64,000 nucleotides of DNA, from assembly GCA_963700285.1 (NCBI GenBank), contig CAVOXA010000010.1, positions 1,568,001-1,632,000 of the forward strand, given 5' to 3'. Positions within the stretch are counted from its first letter, which is position 1, and each line of letters starts with the position of its first letter. This document shows, in pieces, positions 60,695 through 64,000 of the stretch. Position numbers and translations under genes: made by a program. The DNA comes from an uncultured Chloroflexia bacterium. GTDB lineage: Bacteria > Chloroflexota > Anaerolineae > JAAYZQ01. The notes under the pieces are model-generated. The model saw only the letters and a list, made by a program, of their open reading frames with translations. It ran no database searches and had not been told where the DNA came from.

Positions 60695-63076
60695 CTAGCT
60701 TTCGGCCAGGTAGACGACAGTGACACCTCCCCCTCCTTCTCCTCGCTCACCCAAGCGGTAGGACCCGACTAGAGGATGATCGTGCAACTGCTGATGCACC
60801 GCCTGCTTGAGGGCACCGGTGCCCTTCCCGTGGATGATGCGGACAAAGGGCAACCCCGCCAGAAAAGCATCGTCCAGGCGCTTGTCTACGCGTGGTAGCA
60901 CCTCGTCCACGCGCTGCCCCCGCAGATCCAGCTCAACTCCCGGCGACGGATGGGAGAACGTGGGGGTCGCAGAAGGTTCCACATGGGTGTCCTTCTGCCG
61001 GGCACGCCGCTCCAGGTCGCTTTGTTGAACCCGGACGCGAAAGCTTCCTACCTGTACTTCAGCGCTGTCTCCATCCAACATGGTGACCTGCCCCGTGGTG
61101 CCCAGCCCAGAAACCAAAACTGAATCACCAACAGAGACCTCCCCAGGCAGCCTTTCTGCCTCGGGAGGAGGTGGGGATACTGGTGGGACAACGTCTTTTT
61201 CCTTCTCATCCAAGCGGGCGCGAGCCTGGGCCAACCATCGTTCACCTAGTTCTGATTGCTGCGTGGCATCTGACATCTCGGCACGCAGCGCCTCAATCTC
61301 GCGGCGAACCTCGGCCAATTCCTGGCGGGCCTCGGCCCGCGTTTCACCCAGGATAGCGGCCCTCTCGGCATCGATGGTCGCCAAGCGAGCTGCCAGCCGG
61401 TGCTCATGTTCGGCTAGCCGGCGCTGGGCCAGCGATGCCTCGTCGCGAGCGACGATGGCTTCCTGGTGGGCTTGCTGGATCTCAGCCAGCAGGGTTTCGG
61501 TCTCTTGTTCCTCCGGTGAGACGAGGGCTCGTGCGGCCTGGACAATGGCCGAGGCCAGGCCCAACCGCTCGGCGATGGCAAAAGCATTGCTGCGACCTGG
61601 GAGGCCAATCTGAAGCTTGTAGGTAGGTGACAGTGTCCTTAGATTGAACTCAACGCTTGCATTCTCTACACCGGGTGTGGTATGAGCAAAAGCTTTCAGC
61701 TCGGAATAGTGCGTAGCTACCAGGGTAGTGATGTGCTGGGCCAACAGGCGGGACAGAATGGCTCGAGCTAGCGCCGAGCCCTCTACCGGATCAGTGCCTG
61801 CGCCTAATTCGTCCAACAAGACCAGGCTGCGCTCATCAGCTTGTTCCAGGATGTCAACGATGTTAATCAAGTGCGAAGAGAACGTGGAGAGAGATTGCTC
61901 AATGGATTGTTCATCTCCAATGTCGGCATATATGCCCTCAAATACTGGCAAGACCGAGCCTTCGGCTACGGGCGGGTGCAGGCCCGCCTGGGTCATGGCA
62001 GCCATCAGTCCCACGGTTTTCAGGGTAACCGTTTTGCCGCCGGTGTTGGGCCCGGTGATGACCAATGAGGTTTTACCATCGCCGAGCCACACATCGATAG
62101 GCACAACCGTCTCCGGATCGAGAAGTGGGTGGCGGGCCTGGCGCAGGTTCAGCATCAAAGTCGGTTGTCCATTCGATCGTGCCCCCTTGAAAGGGAATAG
62201 GCCGGGCTGTGTGGCAAACAGAGCGTTGGCGTAGCGCGCTTTGGCCATGACGAGGTCGAGCTCCGCGAGAGCTTGCACAGTCCAGGCTAGCTCATCAGCC
62301 ATATCAGCGACGAGGACTGAAAGCTCGGCCAGAATATGATCTACCTCTTTGCGCTCTTCGATCTGAAGCTGGCGCCAGGCATTGCCTACATCGACAAGCG
62401 ACAGAGGCTCAATAAAAAGGGTTGCCCCACTGGCTGAGGTATCGTGCACTATGCCAGGGATCCGGCCTCTGAAATCGGTCTTGACAGGGATCACATAGCG
62501 CCCGGCTCTCTGAGTCACCAACGCTTCTTGCAGATAAGGCGCATTGTGGGGGTTGGTAACAATACGGTTCAGTCTCTCCTGGAGACGATCGTGGGCGGCG
62601 CGCAGCTCACGGCGTATTCGGCTCAGCTTGGCGCTGGCGTGATCAACTACTTCGCCTTGCTCGCTGATACAGCGCATAATTTCGGCTGCCAAGCCCTCGC
62701 AAGGTTCGATGCGGGCAGCGATATCAGCCAAAAGGGGGGCCTCACCGTGGAAACGTGCCAATGTGCGGTGCACTCGCTGCCCTACCCGAATCGTATTCTG
62801 GATGTCGAGCAGGTCCGGTGGTTGAAGGATGGCTCCACGTGCAGCGTTGCGGGCCAGAGGCCGGATATCATGTGCCCCACCCAGCGGGATGCCTCCATGG
62901 GCATCAAGTACATGGCGGGCTTCACGGGTCTCCTGCAGTCGGTGTTGTACTTTAGCAAATAGGGGTGATGGCCTTAGGGCCATCGCGAGTTCGCGGCCCG
63001 CAGAAAAGGTGACATGCTGAGCAAGGCGCGATAGTATCTGGGGAAACTCTAGGGTATTGAGGTGTTTCTGTTTCAT
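60695..63076 (-). CDS. mutS2: Endonuclease MutS2
   Basis: GIVHDTSASGATLFIEP, ARHPLL, ITGPNTGGKTVTLKT, ADIGDEQSIEQSLSTFSSH, LDELGAGTDP.EG, C-terminal Smr LDLRG..IIHGKGTGAL..EGGGGVT. Confidence 0.96.
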   Translation of the reverse strand: MKQKHLNTLEFPQILSRLAQHVTFSAGRELAMALRPSPLFAKVQHRLQETREARHVLDAHGGIPLGGAHDIRPLARNAARGAILQPPDLLDIQNTIRVGQRVHRTLARFHGEAPLLADIAARIEPCEGLAAEIMRCISEQGEVVDHASAKLSRIRRELRAAHDRLQERLNRIVTNPHNAPYLQEALVTQRAGRYVIPVKTDFRGRIPGIVHDTSASGATLFIEPLSLVDVGNAWRQLQIEERKEVDHILAELSVLVADMADELAWTVQALAELDLVMAKARYANALFATQPGLFPFKGARSNGQPTLMLNLRQARHPLLDPETVVPIDVWLGDGKTSLVITGPNTGGKTVTLKTVGLMAAMTQAGLHPPVAEGSVLPVFEGIYADIGDEQSIEQSLSTFSSHLINIVDILEQADERSLVLLDELGAGTDPVEGSALARAILSRLLAQHITTLVATHYSELKAFAHTTPGVENASVEFNLRTLSPTYKLQIGLPGRSNAFAIAERLGLASAIVQAARALVSPEEQETETLLAEIQQAHQEAIVARDEASLAQRRLAEHEHRLAARLATIDAERAAILGETRAEARQELAEVRREIEALRAEMSDATQQSELGERWLAQARARLDEKEKDVVPPVSPPPPEAERLPGEVSVGDSVLVSGLGTTGQVTMLDGDSAEVQVGSFRVRVQQSDLERRARQKDTHVEPSATPTFSHPSPGVELDLRGQRVDEVLPRVDKRLDDAFLAGLPFVRIIHGKGTGALKQAVHQQLHDHPLVGSYRLGERGEGGGGVTVVYLAES

Positions 63077-63232
63077 AAGTTGCCACAACAATCTGGAAAT
63101 CTGAATAGTTGTCCTCGATCTACTCGCAGGCGCCCTCTCTCCAACCTGTCACGGAGGAGTTTCGACCACCGTGCAGAAAGCCATTCTAGCAAAACCGACA
63201 ACGAAAGTCAAACATGGATGAGCGTGTCCAAT

Positions 63233-64000
63233 CTAGGCAGGCCAGAGCCACGGCCAGGCACGTGCCCGGCGATCCGCAAGTTCCTGCTGCAGACGATCAA
63301 TTTCTGCACTCCCTGCTCTCCGATGGCCTGCAGCGCGAATGTGGCGCTTTTCGAAGGCTAGCTCTGTTGCGGTCTGGAAATAGCGGCCCACGGCACGAGA
63401 TGCCCGCCGGCCACCCCGCTGGAATGCCCGTGACTGTACCCATAGCCGCTGTCCTGCTGAACGCAGGACGTCGTATTCCTCGACGGTAAGCATCCCTTGG
63501 TTGACCTCTGTGACCAGTCCTTTCTCGATCCAGCGGCATTCCCTGCGCAAAGCCAAGATGGCAACCAGAAGCAATAGCAACAGCCCGCTCCAGTCTACGA
63601 TCAGACTGACCCCGAGCGGGAACCAGATCCCCTGCTGGACCATGGAGGTTCCTATGTTGTGGAGGCTGTGAAATAGAACTGCCAACGCCCAGCCACCCAA
63701 CGGGACCAATAGTTTCCCCCACCAGTTGCGGGCTAGCCGGGCATAGCCCACGGCCGCGCCAGTGATCCCCGTCCAAAAGGCATGATTTGCCCCGAACACA
63801 ACCGTTCTCAAAAGGATGAAGGTGAATGCCGCGCCGGATGTCTCGCCACGCAGGATGGGCAGAAAGTAGCCAAAGATATTTTCCGTCAAGGCGAATCCAA
63901 AGCCGATCATGGCCCCGTAAATGATGCCATCGAGCACACCGTCGAACTCATGATAAAAGACAACTACCAAGCCGATGAGGGCAATGCCCTTCAAGCTTTC
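63233..64000 (-). CDS. PrsW-family intramembrane metalloprotease (5'-partial)
   Basis: ESLKG, DGIIYGAMIGFGFALTEN, HAFWTGITG, AVLFHSLHN. Confidence 0.85.
   Translation of the reverse strand, partial: ESLKGIALIGLVVVFYHEFDGVLDGIIYGAMIGFGFALTENIFGYFLPILRGETSGAAFTFILLRTVVFGANHAFWTGITGAAVGYARLARNWWGKLLVPLGGWALAVLFHSLHNIGTSMVQQGIWFPLGVSLIVDWSGLLLLLLVAILALRRECRWIEKGLVTEVNQGMLTVEEYDVLRSAGQRLWVQSRAFQRGGRRASRAVGRYFQTATELAFEKRHIRAAGHRRAGSAEIDRLQQELADRRARAWPWLWPA

Overview
GC-rich bacterial chromosomal segment, most likely Chloroflexota (Anaerolineae-like), inferred from repeated C-terminal [YF]LP[LV] motifs on secreted proteins and from the gene content. Many genes carry single-base frameshifts, concentrated in 1-28 kb, which suggests uncorrected long-read errors. 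Layout: (i) 1-24 kb, a surface-protein region with a membrane glycosyltransferase-NHL fusion, a tandem array of 'small anchored protein + secreted tail-fibre-like protein' pairs (one fibre ending in a peptidase S74 chaperone), two giant FG-GAP/lectin paralogues behind a uORF-terminator leader, and a DUF333/PD40 lipoprotein; (ii) 24-42 kb, housekeeping and metabolic genes (ABC1 kinase, cdd, CNNM/CBS protein, a stand-alone GlmU acetyltransferase half, NAD kinase, amidohydrolase, a serine/hydroxypyruvate/glycerate cluster); (iii) 42.4-51.7 kb, an apparent tandem site-specific integration array in which three displaced 3' ends of a 4Fe-4S protein gene, each joined to the same ~85-bp non-coding arm, alternate with cargo (two toxin-antitoxin pairs, hypothetical genes, a secreted protein) and no integrase is visible; (iv) 52-64 kb, two ABC permeases, tRNA-Asn, rpoD, dnaG, carD, infA, rpsU, mutS2 and a partial PrsW-family protease. 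No CRISPR array or rRNA was seen. All family assignments come from motif recognition by eye, not database searches.
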